Shown here piece by piece: positions 1 through 12,800 of a DNA stretch of 38,507 bases. Within the stretch, counting starts at the first letter, position 1, and each line of letters starts with the position of its first letter. The notes under the pieces are model-generated. The model did not search any database. It was not told the origin of the DNA and saw nothing but the letters and a program-made list of their open reading frames with translations. Made by a program: the position numbers and the translations under genes. Source of the stretch: Seison nebaliae (lineage: Eukaryota); assembly GCA_023231475.1 (NCBI GenBank), contig JALJEE010002409.1, forward strand, positions 1-38,507. The letters are read 5' to 3'.

Positions 1-240
1 AGTGTTTTTAAAAGTGATTAAATTAAAACATTTTACTTTTTTAATAATGTAGAAAATGTTAGCTCAAAATTTTTAATTATAAACTCAAATATCTTTTTTT
101 GTAAGCCGAAATTTAAAATTCTGAGCACATGATGATGTTCAGAATTGAAAACTGGTCTAGTAAGATAAATTTCAAAAGAAAATACGACAAAAAAAACCAT
201 CGCGTTTTTTGACCACTTATTCCAAACCTTTACCGAAAAC

Positions 241-291
241 TTTTTTATAGAAATGAACTTTTTATAAATTTTAGAATAAAACTAATTCTAG
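241..291 (+). repeat. Left arm of a 51-bp imperfect inverted repeat flanking the 903-aa ORF
   Basis: 241-291 reads TTTTTTATAGAAATGAACTTTTTATAAATTTTAGAATAAAACTAATTCTAG. The reverse complement of 3230-3280 reads TTTTTTTTAAAAATGAACTTTTTATGAATTTGAGAAAAAAACTGATTTTAG. They match at 44/51 positions with no gaps (hand count). Confidence 0.85.
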
Positions 292-496
292 TGAAGATAA
301 GGAACAGGAAATTGTCTCCCCAATTGAAAAGAAGAAGGAAGAGAAGAAGGAAGAAGTCGATAGTAAGGATCCTCCTCTAACCGATTCAATTCCAAATTCT
401 AAACAAGAAGATAAACCCCGTGCATCCAGCGCAGTTAACGGACATTCTAGCGCGGCACCTCCTCAATCTGATAAAGAGGGTAAGTCCGATCAGCCC

Positions 497-3208
497 GTGA
501 TGCAGGGCTCTGATGTATCCTATTCTCGAATGTCGGGAAATAATTCAGCTGAAATTCAACGTTTGGTTGATGAATTCGATCTTCCCGACATCCCATTTCC
601 AATGGAAGGAAAGGGAATATCCACTTATTCTCCGTTTGAAGGATCGAACTATGATTCGGCTGGTAATATGATGCGAGAAGGTCATTATGAACGCGAGCTT
701 CTCAAGTCAATTGATTTTGGAAACGAAGAAGAAGATGGTACAATCACAACTATGGTTGCTCGTCGTGTCGGAAAACATCGACAAAAGATTGGAGATTATC
801 CCATCTGTGCAGATTTTCGAGCGTGGTGTAAAGCTGATGCTCCTTGTTATGTGGTAGATGCCACTGATCATTTGCCAACCATAAATATCGAATATGAAGA
901 TTTGAACGCATTATTCCGAAATCCTGCTCTTCCTATCCATGCACCTATGAATGCACATCTTAATTACGATCCAGTTCAAGCAGCAGTGAAATATTTGCAT
1001 CTGTCGGTAGAAGATGCCACCATCTTATCATCATCATTTTGGCTTTCCAGTCAACGATACTTCAATTCGTATTTATATGAGAAGATAATGTGTCTGGTCA
1101 TGACTAAGCATTTGGCAGAAAAAGCCGGTTCAGTCATCCGAACCAGAAATGTGATGCCAGATGAAGTGGAATATTTGGAGAGAACAGAACCTGGTTTTGC
1201 TTCTCGTTTGGCCATAGCAATTTCATCTGGTATTTTCATCTTCGTCGTAGATCGGTATACTGTTATCAGTGATCTAGCAATCCTTGCTTGTGTAGCAAGA
1301 GAAGGAATAATGTTAGAATTCGAGAATATCGCTCCACGTGTTTCCAGAATCAAACATGTGAAAATCCCGATGGCAATAATCTTTTTGGAAGCAGGAGTGG
1401 CACTCACTCGAGATGCAGAATTGGCTCTTCCTTGTGCCGAATTGATTTATGTTTACATGAGGATATTGGCTTTGAAACGAAAAGAAAAGACCGATTGTTT
1501 AGTCGGCGTGGAAACGGCATCGTTGTGGATCTATCAAGTGGTCCGTCCGACATTACCGCTTACGAATAACGAAGTGTATGGATTTACCGGTGCCCCAATT
1601 GTAATTGAAGAATCGGAAGTACCAGCATCACCAATCGATGGAAGTAGTGGTGCAGTGTTCCTAACAAAAGAAGATTTGAACAAGAGTTTCATCACATCAT
1701 TCAGTCATGTGCAGACTCCCAGAATGGAACGACATCGTGCTGCAAAATCTGTTGCGATGCAAGCTTTAACGAAAAGCTCCAAATCTGCAACAACCGGTGA
1801 CGTGAAGAAGAAAGCTTATAATCGACGAATACAGAATGAAACGCTAGCTAGCGACAAGAAGTTCGTTTCGGAAGAAGAAGTTGCAAAAAGTTCGAAAAAT
1901 TCTGCCACCAATGACCCCGAGCGAGTAGGAAATGACAAGAGGTGTGAACAATCAGCAAAAGATGCTCAGTCGAATAGTAACATCCAAATTTTGTCGACGG
2001 GTCGTCCGAATGAGATGCCAACTGATCATCAAGCGTATGTGGTTGAAGAGAAAGATGTGTGGTTTACTCCGTTGTGCGAGATCACCACTTTTCGTATCAA
2101 GCGGATGGCTCCCCACGATTATAATGTATTATTTCGATTGATTCCGATTATTTACGATCAACTGACAGAACAGTTGGAAATTAATGATGAATGGAATGAA
2201 TTTGTGAAATATGATATGGATTTGATGATACGATTGTTGTTATTGAATGGTGCATTGATTGGTGTCAGTTTCGGTCTGTTTAATCTTGAATGGAATATTA
2301 CTGGATTTGATTATAATCGTGTTGCAATGAAACAGAATGAAATAGATGGTGGTCAGAATACTGCAAACTTCTTTTTTGAAGTTTACTTTAAAACCGAAGA
2401 TGGATTAACGAATTGGATAATGTCAGCGGTGTGGTCAGCAATGAATGAACATATGAATTGGACCCCCCAAATATTTTCACTTGGCTGTCCACCGTTTTAC
2501 AATCATTTCAACTCAGAACAAATTCATAATTATACGGAAGCATGGGCCGCTGTCTTCCATCATACGATTGTCTGTGTGGTACCGATGTTGTTTGGATCAG
2601 TTCGATTCAATGGATGGCCGAATAATTTAGGTATAATCCAAAGAGATTTTTGTTGTGATTCTCGTTTTGGTAACACTCGAGCAAGAGGAGAAGTGGGATG
2701 GACTACCGCTGTCACTTCAACATCTTATTCACGTGCTGCGATGGCTTCGAGTGTTTGGAAAAGTGCTCGTTATGTGCCAGAAATGATATTCGCTCTTAAT
2801 GCTATTTGTCAGCAATTGGATATCTGGAATACAACCCAACGTCTTATCGTCAGTATGGTTGGAATGGAAATGGTACGATCCATGTTACCTGAACGATTGA
2901 CGTTCAGATACCCAGTCGAATTAGATGCAGATAATTTCTATCCTGCTATCCAAACTATCATACCTGGTTCTATTCGTACGTATGATTGGTATACTGGATA
3001 TCGTATTATTCCATGGTTGTTGGAAAGTCAAAATCGTCGCATGTGGCCGTTTATCTCTTCTTTACAACATTTCAAATCTGACGTCTGGGATTCAGTCGGT
3101 TTGGAGCGAATGAAATGGTATGTATCGATGTCATCGAAACGGCTGAACCGTGATTTGTCGTCAGAAGGTGGTCCTCAGAATCGTGAACCAATTAGATTTA
3201 GGTGGTAG
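497..3208 (+). CDS. Intronless ~900-aa ORF; putative endogenised dsRNA-virus (toti-like/Ghabrivirales) capsid protein gene
   Basis: Uninterrupted ORF, visibly more GC-rich than its flanks, with no recognisable host domain. The first ATG is at 500 but the frame is open from 275. Size and segments such as PCAELIYVYMRILALKRKEKTDCLVGVETA and IIPGSIRTYDW resemble toti-like capsid proteins as I recall them, unverified. No RdRp, RT or transposase motifs seen. Confidence 0.5.
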   Translation: MMQGSDVSYSRMSGNNSAEIQRLVDEFDLPDIPFPMEGKGISTYSPFEGSNYDSAGNMMREGHYERELLKSIDFGNEEEDGTITTMVARRVGKHRQKIGDYPICADFRAWCKADAPCYVVDATDHLPTINIEYEDLNALFRNPALPIHAPMNAHLNYDPVQAAVKYLHLSVEDATILSSSFWLSSQRYFNSYLYEKIMCLVMTKHLAEKAGSVIRTRNVMPDEVEYLERTEPGFASRLAIAISSGIFIFVVDRYTVISDLAILACVAREGIMLEFENIAPRVSRIKHVKIPMAIIFLEAGVALTRDAELALPCAELIYVYMRILALKRKEKTDCLVGVETASLWIYQVVRPTLPLTNNEVYGFTGAPIVIEESEVPASPIDGSSGAVFLTKEDLNKSFITSFSHVQTPRMERHRAAKSVAMQALTKSSKSATTGDVKKKAYNRRIQNETLASDKKFVSEEEVAKSSKNSATNDPERVGNDKRCEQSAKDAQSNSNIQILSTGRPNEMPTDHQAYVVEEKDVWFTPLCEITTFRIKRMAPHDYNVLFRLIPIIYDQLTEQLEINDEWNEFVKYDMDLMIRLLLLNGALIGVSFGLFNLEWNITGFDYNRVAMKQNEIDGGQNTANFFFEVYFKTEDGLTNWIMSAVWSAMNEHMNWTPQIFSLGCPPFYNHFNSEQIHNYTEAWAAVFHHTIVCVVPMLFGSVRFNGWPNNLGIIQRDFCCDSRFGNTRARGEVGWTTAVTSTSYSRAAMASSVWKSARYVPEMIFALNAICQQLDIWNTTQRLIVSMVGMEMVRSMLPERLTFRYPVELDADNFYPAIQTIIPGSIRTYDWYTGYRIIPWLLESQNRRMWPFISSLQHFKSDVWDSVGLERMKWYVSMSSKRLNRDLSSEGGPQNREPIRFRW

Positions 3209-3229
3209 CTAGCGAATTTCAACTTTTGT

Positions 3230-3280
3230 CTAAAATCAGTTTTTTTCTCAAATTCATAAAAAGTTCATTTTTAAAAAAAA
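3230..3280 (-). repeat. Right arm of the 51-bp imperfect inverted repeat
   Basis: Its reverse complement matches 241-291 at 44/51. It begins 21 nt after the ORF stop codon at 3208. Confidence 0.85.
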
Positions 3281-3834
3281 ATTTCAAACGCTATTCCGGA
3301 CTTTCAAACTGACAGGAAAATGCACACGACCAATGAAAAGCTTGTTTTTCAGAAATTCCAGACATCAAATTTATTTGGGGAAAAAATACATTTTCTTCGT
3401 CTTTGTTTTCCCGACTCCAAACAAAAGGTAAACCGTCTCAACGTTGGATCTAATTGATTTTCTTTCTAAATTTCTTTGATTTTTTCTCAATAAATTTATT
3501 TCTCTATTTGAAATGAACTTTATAACAAAATTTTTATATCTAACATAATGAGATAATGATTAAAATTTTAAAAACCGCTTAAAATATCGTTTAACTATTC
3601 AATTGTCATTTTGTTTGGTTTTGGGGAAAGTAAGAAGATTAATCAATTTTAAGTAAGATTAATCTGTAAAATTGATATGTTTGATGAATAGTTAATGTTA
3701 ATAACTCTCAATTGGAAATGAAGAAGAAGAAAGTATTAGATTTATTTGCAGATCTTTTAAAATGTTTAACAGAAAAATTCATTGCTTATTACTAAAAATA
3801 AATTCGAAGTTTAAAAAAAGTTGTTTAACGAGAT

Positions 3835-6800
3835 TTATTCGTCTTCCATCTCATAAAGATAATCATCATTAATCTTTTTCTCAACATTGCTCTTTGTCGC
3901 GTCATACTGCGTTTTTGCTTCATTTACTCGATTTTCTTCAGTTTCGTCTTCGAAACATTTTCTTTCGAGTAAACCATCCAGTTTCCACATAACCGCCTCA
4001 GAATAGTCTTCAATGTCATCATATTCATGTTTCCAATTGGTTGTCTCATGTTTGTAACGTTCGTTCGTTTCCCCAGGCGTCTTGCCTCTTTTCGTCGCTT
4101 TCTTCACTTTCTGTACCATAAATTCGATGACCTCATACTCGTTTTTCTACAAATAACAAATTGAAATCAATGGAAATTTTAGAAGGAAATCAAACGGCAT
4201 TAGCAGTCTCTTCTTTGACTATTGCGAATGCTTCCATCAATATCGTGATCATCATATTCAGTAACATGAAATTACAGACGATCATAAAAGTGAAGAACAT
4301 TATTGGACCGAAAACTGGATCGGCACTCACCAAAATTGCATAGTCGAATTTATCTGGAAAAATATTGAAAAAAATTTTTAAAATTTATCAATCAAATTAA
4401 AAAAAAATTAAATTAATAAATCAATAATATAATTAATTAAATATTAATTATCAAATCAACTATTCAACTAACTTAACATCCATGTCAACATGGTTTCGAG
4501 GGTGGTGATGAAAGATTGGAATTCCGCCAATTTCGATTGATATGAGACGAATGTGAATTGGCAGAAGGAGAGGAAACACAACATAAAGACGACCATAAAC
4601 CACATCATCGGTTTTAACGCCTTCGCTAACGTGTTGGAGAATAATTGGATTTTCATATTGAATCTCAATAATTTGATTAATTTGATCGTACTCATGAAAA
4701 TGATCAATCCGATTGACATGATAAACATCTATAAAAATGAATGAAATTGAATATAAAAAAGAATTTAAACTTCATTCCAATTGGCTGTTGCTTGGAAGTT
4801 GATGAATGTTTTTCCTTTTGATTTGGCACATTCTTTCGCCAACAACTTATTTGATATAGTCACATAAACATACATGACGATGGTGAGAATGGAAAGAATG
4901 ATGAGAATGAATTCCCAAATATTCCAGAACTCTTTGAAATATTTTTTCTTTTCCTTACACATAATTCGGAATTCTCGAACGAAAAAGAAGAGTATGAAAC
5001 ATAACGTGATTATTTCACAACCCAAAACGACAAACATAAATGTTCCGTTATATCGATCGAGACGAACGACAGCAAATCGTGGAAATGGTAATATTCCACC
5101 CGAACTCGGGAATTCGAACACACTGAGAGATGCCACAAATAAATTAACGTTCGGATTATACATGACGAATTCGACAAAAACTGCTCGTGTCAAATTATCG
5201 AACCAATTTTCTGATTTCAATTTTAACAATTTCCCTTCGGCCTCAGTTTTTGTCGATCCCAAATCAGCCACATAACCACCACCTCCATAAGTACTCACTT
5301 TGCCAATTGTTGGTATTCCGAGTAAATCGAGAGTTGATCGGAAACGATAAGAATCATGAATAGTGGGTTTTTTGACGGGAGTCCATCCAGGACTGAAATC
5401 TCGATCCTCTTCGTCTATTATCGAATAATCGTCAGCACATCTTGGAAAGAATTTGTTGATAGTTTTGAAACATTTTTCTGGAGGCATTCTCATTTGTCTC
5501 AGTCTCATATTTCCTACTCGTACACTATTATGATCATATGAAAATGATGATGGTTCTGTATGGAGAGTATTGTGATAATATCGTTGAACGAGAATGTTAT
5601 AACACCAATTCCAAAAGACATCCATACGTTGTGCCATATTGAAATCATAAGAAACATTCAAATGAGTGACACCTTGTTGAAAGATTTTTTCCATATTTGT
5701 ATGATAATAAAATGATCGAGTATCTCGATTACCATAAGCCACTAACATTAACATACAAATAAATAATAAAAAGAAAATGATCTCTCTTAAAACTCCATGC
5801 ATTGCTACTTCTTTTGCTCTCTTTGTTCTCGCTTCTTCCAATCGTTTCAAATCACCCGTTCTTGGTGGTCTTTTATTCATTCGATATTGATTGATAGTTT
5901 CCGTATCGCGATATTGTTCATGAAGGAATTGTTCATCTGTCGCTAACGCTTTCTCTTCTAACATATCTAATTCTTCGTCATTTTTCGGTTTTTTTATTAT
6001 CAAAGCGAAAACTAATGCCAAAATTAAAACTTTCAACGGTTCTTGAACTAACACCGATTGGAATAATGAGAGAAAGAATGAAATTAACCATTCTTGTGAT
6101 TTCTGTTGTCCTAATGTTCCTCCAATTTCAACACATACATAACATGAAGCACAAACAGCTAATCCACAAAATACGTAACCAAATCGAGAACATCTCCAGG
6201 GCAACATAAATTTCTTTTTTTTCTTTTTCTCTTCATTCAATTCTCTGACAGGTGGATTATCATTGGTCAAATTATCCGTCTCTATATTGATTTTGGAAAT
6301 TGTTGCCGCTGTTGCTGGTCGTGCACTCGTTACACTTCTTGATGAATTGATTCTAATATTATCGAAAGTGACCACATCTTTTGATGGTTTTGAAACGGTT
6401 TTTTTCTTTGAACAACAACCGAAGAATTTCGCTCCAGGTGGTCGATCTTTCGATTTTTTGAAGAGCATCAACACCAACATATTGATGGGTAAGACGATTA
6501 ATGCACTAATCACTCCAACATAAATTGCTGCGGGTGTGAAGGAAAGTGGACCGATTTTATAAGTTTTTTGTTTCGTTTCTGGTTCAGAATTGAAGAATAA
6601 TATCGAGACCATCATCGAACAACAGAGTAAGCCTAAGATGCACGTTAATCGTTGAACTCGAGTGAATTTTGATCTTACAGGTCGGAAGAAGACAGAAAAC
6701 CAAATATGAGAATCGGTGAGACTTTGTCGAGTTTTCGACCAGAAAACTTGATTAAATTGAGCGAGATCATGATCGGACGCTATCGGTATAACTCGATCGA

Positions 6801-9800
6801 TAAGACCATCTTCTTTATCCATTGCTAACCATCGATCAGAAATGAAAAAATATTTTTTACCAGTCTGTAAATCGAGTATCATCATTCGAGAGAATAACCA
6901 TCCTGGTGATTTTCCAGAATTGTCGTGCCATATTCGAAGATATTCTAAATCGCCTAATGATTGAGGAACAGCCATAACAAATGAATCGATATTTCCTTTA
7001 TTGAATACGGAACGTTTATCATCATATAATAAACGAGCGTCTGTTTCATCTTCGGTGCCAGTTAAAATGAATGACACTTTCGAAGTGGTACCACCATTCT
7101 TTTTATATCCAGTCCATACTACAATTTCATATAACATATGATCACTCTTTTTATTATCGATGAGAGGAGTTGATCCCGCTTTAAGTAGATCATATCGATC
7201 TTGTTTTCTCGCCCAAATTACCATAATAAAATATAAAGAAACAATACAAATAAAAGTGGCGAAAATTGCTGGATTTTCATCGAGTTTTAAAAAAGCTGAA
7301 TCTCCTGGATCGAATGTATTCATTGGAACATAAAATGATGAAACGAATGATGTCAAATGATTACAGAGACATTGAGTAATATTGTAAGTGGATTTCAAAC
7401 CGACACGACAACCACTTCCATCAAATTCACCATTTCCTGGATTATCTTCTAATTTATTATAGACTTTCCAATATAGACATGCCGTACTATAAGCACCGAA
7501 TTGATAAGGGAAATGATAATCGTCAATTGTCGATGATAAATTGTTATTGGCAGTACCATTAAATAATGTTGAATTGATGGAAATCATTCCATCATTTTCA
7601 AATTCTAATGGTTCTCGTAAGAATGAACGAACACGATGTTTCACTACTAGAAAAACACGAGTTTCTGATGTGAGTTTAAGATCTTCGGTACGGAAGAAAC
7701 ATGTTGTGTTGTCGTCATTTACCGCGTCTAACGGTAAAATACAAGTGAGATCGATATCATCGATGGAAGTGATTGGAGCATTCTTTTTTAAATGAATAAC
7801 GAAATCGATATCCTCATTCATCGATATTGACGCATTGTACATTTGGAGAGTGTAATTGTAGAAACTATCCAAATAAGTATCATTAGAAGTGAAATTGAAT
7901 TGTTCGAAATCATTTTCAAAATTCGTCACATTTATCGTTAACGGTTTTATTTCAACAAATAATGAACTCCATGCTGGTAAGAGTAGGGAATGTTGAGCTG
8001 TGCCAATTTGAAAATTATCCGAAGCCATCGTTCGATTGATGACATATTCAACATTCGGTTTCGTTTCATCACCGATAATTTCATTCAAATAATCTTTGAT
8101 CAATTTCGCTTTATCTTCCGAATTATAATTTTTTTTCAATTCTTTCTTTGTACTTCTCGGTATCCATAATTCAATCTCTTCATCCATTTGTTCATGTTCA
8201 AAAAAGTCGCTATTGGCACCACGACGGAAATCGATTGATGTCACTTCACCATCAATATCATCACGACCTGTCCATGTATATGGATTCTCTTTCATAATAC
8301 TCACTTCGGTAGAGACGAAAGTTGATGTATCATTCCCTTCTTCGAACATGACACCGACATTTGGTAGTTTTATTTCTCGATCATCTTCCATATTCATTTT
8401 TGATTTGTTCATACGATCAGTGAAATCATTCGATATAAATGCTTTCATATGAGGTGTGTCAATAACTGATGGACTCTCTCCTGGCACTTTCATCGATACA
8501 ACCGTTTTCAACAATTTATTTAATGCATGTGATGATTTTTTCATCGTCTCTTTCGCATTCGCTAAATCTTCAACTAAATTCGTCTCGTCTTCGCCATCAA
8601 CGATGGAACTTCTTTCGAATACGTTACTTAATTGAGCTCGTCGAGATTTTTCTTTTTGAATATTTTCGTTGGCTTTATACAAATTCCCAATCACTTCCAA
8701 CATATCTCTAGCACTGGCCTCTGCCGTTTCCGTCGATAATGATTCCTTCTGATCACCAATACACGTACTCATTTGATCGGCGAATGATTCCACTAACGAT
8801 ATTCCTATTGTTTGTGCTGAGAATGAAATCTCTTCAGGATCATTTGTTAGCGCATTAATCGAATTTGAAATTTGTCCGATCTGATTTAAATTTACGGGTT
8901 GCATTTGAACTAAATTTTCCAAGACATTTTTCCTCATATTTTTCCTTTCACTACCATCAATTTCAGCACGTTGAATTCCTTGTTCTGCTAACGCTTCTGT
9001 TACCGCCTCATTTATTAATTGTGTGGTGGTTGTAGTGGTGGTAGTGGTTGTTGTAGTGGTGCTTGAGCTTAAAATTTTATCAATAAAAGTTTGATTGGCT
9101 AAAAGTTTGGCGGCCTCCTCGTCATATTTCTTGTCTACTATGGCCATATTATTGAGTAGGGCACCGATCGTTGCCACATATTGAGCGGCTTGACCAAATT
9201 GTGCCGAACCGGTCAATTCTTTGATGAGACCGTTATCATCAGTGATATTTCTGATGGTATCACCTTGTGCAATTGATACGATTGGTTTAACTATTAATGG
9301 GAAAGAATTTATCGATGTTGCCCCATAACAATCGATTACTTCGACGAAAACTTCCAAGAGATAATCTAACGCTTCGTCACCTTGTGGCATGACAGCCAAT
9401 TCATCCTGAAATAAAATGTTATCACTCGTATCGACCTGAGATCCTTTATGTACCCAAGTTATCGATGTGTTAGCTGATACTGGTGGTTGTTTATAACCAA
9501 CTCGAAAATTTATTGTATTTGGTTGACAATTCGAATCGACAAATTCTTCACATTTCACTTGAAATTCCGTCATTAAGGCTTCACCTTCTGTCGGTTCTCC
9601 TTTACATTCTGGTACTAATGGACGATCATTAATTTGAAATACTCTTTTACCCTCTCCCGTATTATTCTTCTGTCCATATCGATAACCGGTGACATGAAAC
9701 AAATAAAATTTTTGATAACTAAAAATTTCCATATCGTCGAAAAGACCTGGCATAATTGTTAGAGTGCCAAGTTCATTACCAGCTGGTGCGAACGGTAACC

Positions 9801-12800
9801 AGACATCTAAAGGTATTTCTGTCCATTGTAATTCATTGACGGAATCGGAATATGTTGGAACGGAATATAATTTCCACAAATAACTAATCTCCATTCCATA
9901 ACGATAATCGAAGAGAATTGAATTTAATGAATATCGTTCGTTGGGATTAATAATATCAGCATTCTTCTTCCGATTACAATTGGAGAGACATCTAATATCG
10001 AATACTGGTGGATTACCGATCGTCACAGCTAATACGAATGAAGCAGTTGCACATCGTTCTCCTTTACAAGCTAACATTAAAATTTCCACTTTCTCATTCT
10101 CTCTCATTGAGAATGTATTTAATTCTAATAAATGTGTCGTACTATTAAGAATATTCGGTTTGTAATCCTGATCATCAACGAAACATCCTCCATTATCATC
10201 ATGTGCATCCACCCTATTACATTGAGAATGATTCTGTTTCCATTCATGGTTGCTATAGGAACTCATGTGCAGAGTAGGACACTCGTCCTCACAAGAGAAT
10301 GGCCATTCTTCACATGTTCGTCGACAGAACCATTTGAAAGTGAATCCAGTCGTATCTTCAATATCATCTGGATCATATGTAGTTTGAGTTAATGGTGCAT
10401 CTGGATTGAGACCACTAATTGTAGTATTCATATTCCAACGAACTCGACTAACGGGTATTAAGCCTGCTTTTATAGGTGATACAGCAACTTCGAAAAATGT
10501 GATATCCGATTTCCAAATTCCAACTTCCTCACTCATACTGACATTGATAGAGACTGAATATAATCCGATATCGAGTACTAATGGCGATATGTAAAGACAA
10601 CCTCCATCTAATCTCGTTAATTTTAGTCTTTTTCTTACGTCCTTCTCTAAATTCTCTCTCTCCTTATAATGGTATTTCAGATCTGTACGTTTTGTCGTTT
10701 TTATTTTAATTGGTTTAATTATCCATTGATGAGTGGTTTTTTTCGTCCAAGTACAATTCAAACGGATATATGGACAAATTTCGATGGGTTTCGATTTGTA
10801 GAATTTGGGAAATTTCTTATTGAAGAATGAGAGACAATCGTCTGTTTTACACAAATTCGGTCCCATCAAATTGACGTTAGGCCACGAACATTCACCTCTT
10901 GTGACGCCCACTCTCAATTCTTGTTCGACTCGACTCGCCATATTGATGGCTGTGATATTGACAGGATATGACATGGGATTCGAGTAAACATTTTCGATAA
11001 AAATTTGACTTGGATGTGATCCGTTTTTCGGCCATATATCATATTCTATTTGACGATTGGTGATGTCATTTAAATAGTTCGGATAATAATTTTTTGTGGT
11101 GAATTGGGGGAAGAATTTTTTACATGATGGTTCATATCCAAAAAAACGGACGTGTTTTCCGTTATTCGATTTCGGTAACGGATCACCGACATCTAATCGA
11201 CTATCCGTATCATTGAAATTGATGTAATAACAGACTTGATCACCCAAAGTTCCTGGATCTAATTCGAAGGGAAATGTCGTATTTGTTGCTCGAGGCGAAT
11301 CGACATAAAATCGAATGTCGCCGATACCTCTCTGGAAATTGTAAGTGACGAATGTGGCATTAACATTCGATATTTGATTTCGACAGTTTAACCAGATTCT
11401 TTTCGATCCACTCGACATCCATGTTTTTTCCACAGTTTTTTTATCATTAACAGATACACTGGTACCATCACCAAAATGCCAAGTATATGTCACATGAGAA
11501 CCATGTTCGAGTACTGCTTCTAATTCGATCATTTCACCATATGGCATATAATATTTATTTTCCGGAGTTTCGATCTTATCGAGATATGGTGAGATTAATA
11601 AGATTTTCGGATCGATTATTTGTTCGATGACTTGAGAAACTTCGTGAAAAGTTTCCCGACTGACAATATTCCAAATTTTAATTGAGATCGTCATATCACC
11701 ACCAGCGTCGATATAGACATGTTTAAATTGGGCGATTAATTGATTTCCAGGTTTCGATCTTGCCGATCGACTACCAACGGATTGATCGTCAAGATCGTCC
11801 GGTAAACGACCAGTTAATGTCACTCCACCATCACCATAATCTAAGAGGAATGAAGCGTCGGTGGGCAGCTTGGTGTTGGAGAGGATGAAAAGTGAACAAT
11901 ATTCAGTGCCCGAAAATCTACTTTGTGTGGTCAATCGCACTTTGTTGGTACATTCGAGAGAGAAATGTTTCACATCATATTGGATGATAACTGGTCTGTA
12001 AGTATTGCGAGAGATGTTCGAATGAATATTCTCGAAGAAGATAGAAACTGTGTAATTATTTGGAATGTTATAGACATGTTGTGCCGTCGATTCTACCACT
12101 TGATAATTTGAGGCATTTGTAAATGTTTCAGTTGTTTCAGAACCATCATTCCAATCCCAAGTGTAAGTGACTCGAGTACCTTGATCCATTATCAGTCGAC
12201 ATGGCACCATTTCTGAGAGTGCGATAGCTTGCTCTTTCTCACATTGGAAGACAAACTCTCCCAACAATTCATCAACTTCAAACACATTCTCTACTATCAC
12301 ATACGAGACATGATTGGAGACATTAAATTTCATCAATTTAGTCCCAAAAATCTCATAGGGATAATAGAAACGCCAAGAAACATTTCTCTCACCGAACATC
12401 TCCTCAATCATCGAGTCGTTATAAGAAGATTTTTCAAATTGTAACATATTGTCCAATTTATCGTCTTGTGTGACGAAATGAATGAGAGAATCATTCAAAT
12501 TCGTTTCAAATATTCGTAAATGATTAGCAATTGGTGAAATTTGAAAATCAGATAATTTAACTTCAGTCGACTCACCCAAACAATTGTAATTGTCATAATA
12601 TATTTTTCGACATTTATTATAGAACCATTTCATAGAATTATTACGTTCAATTGTCTTATTAAAAATTTTCCATTCATTTTCTTCATTCCATAATTCATAA
12701 CGAGATTCTCCCCAATTCAATGTGGTCCATGGAGATGTTGGTGGTAATAATTGTTCATTCTCTTCATCAAATTTCTGTTTGAACATCAAATCGATGAGAG

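Noticed and set aside
3190..3230. Totivirus-type -1 frameshift into an RdRp
   Set aside because: No slippery heptamer before the stop and no downstream ORF; the inverted repeat follows immediately.
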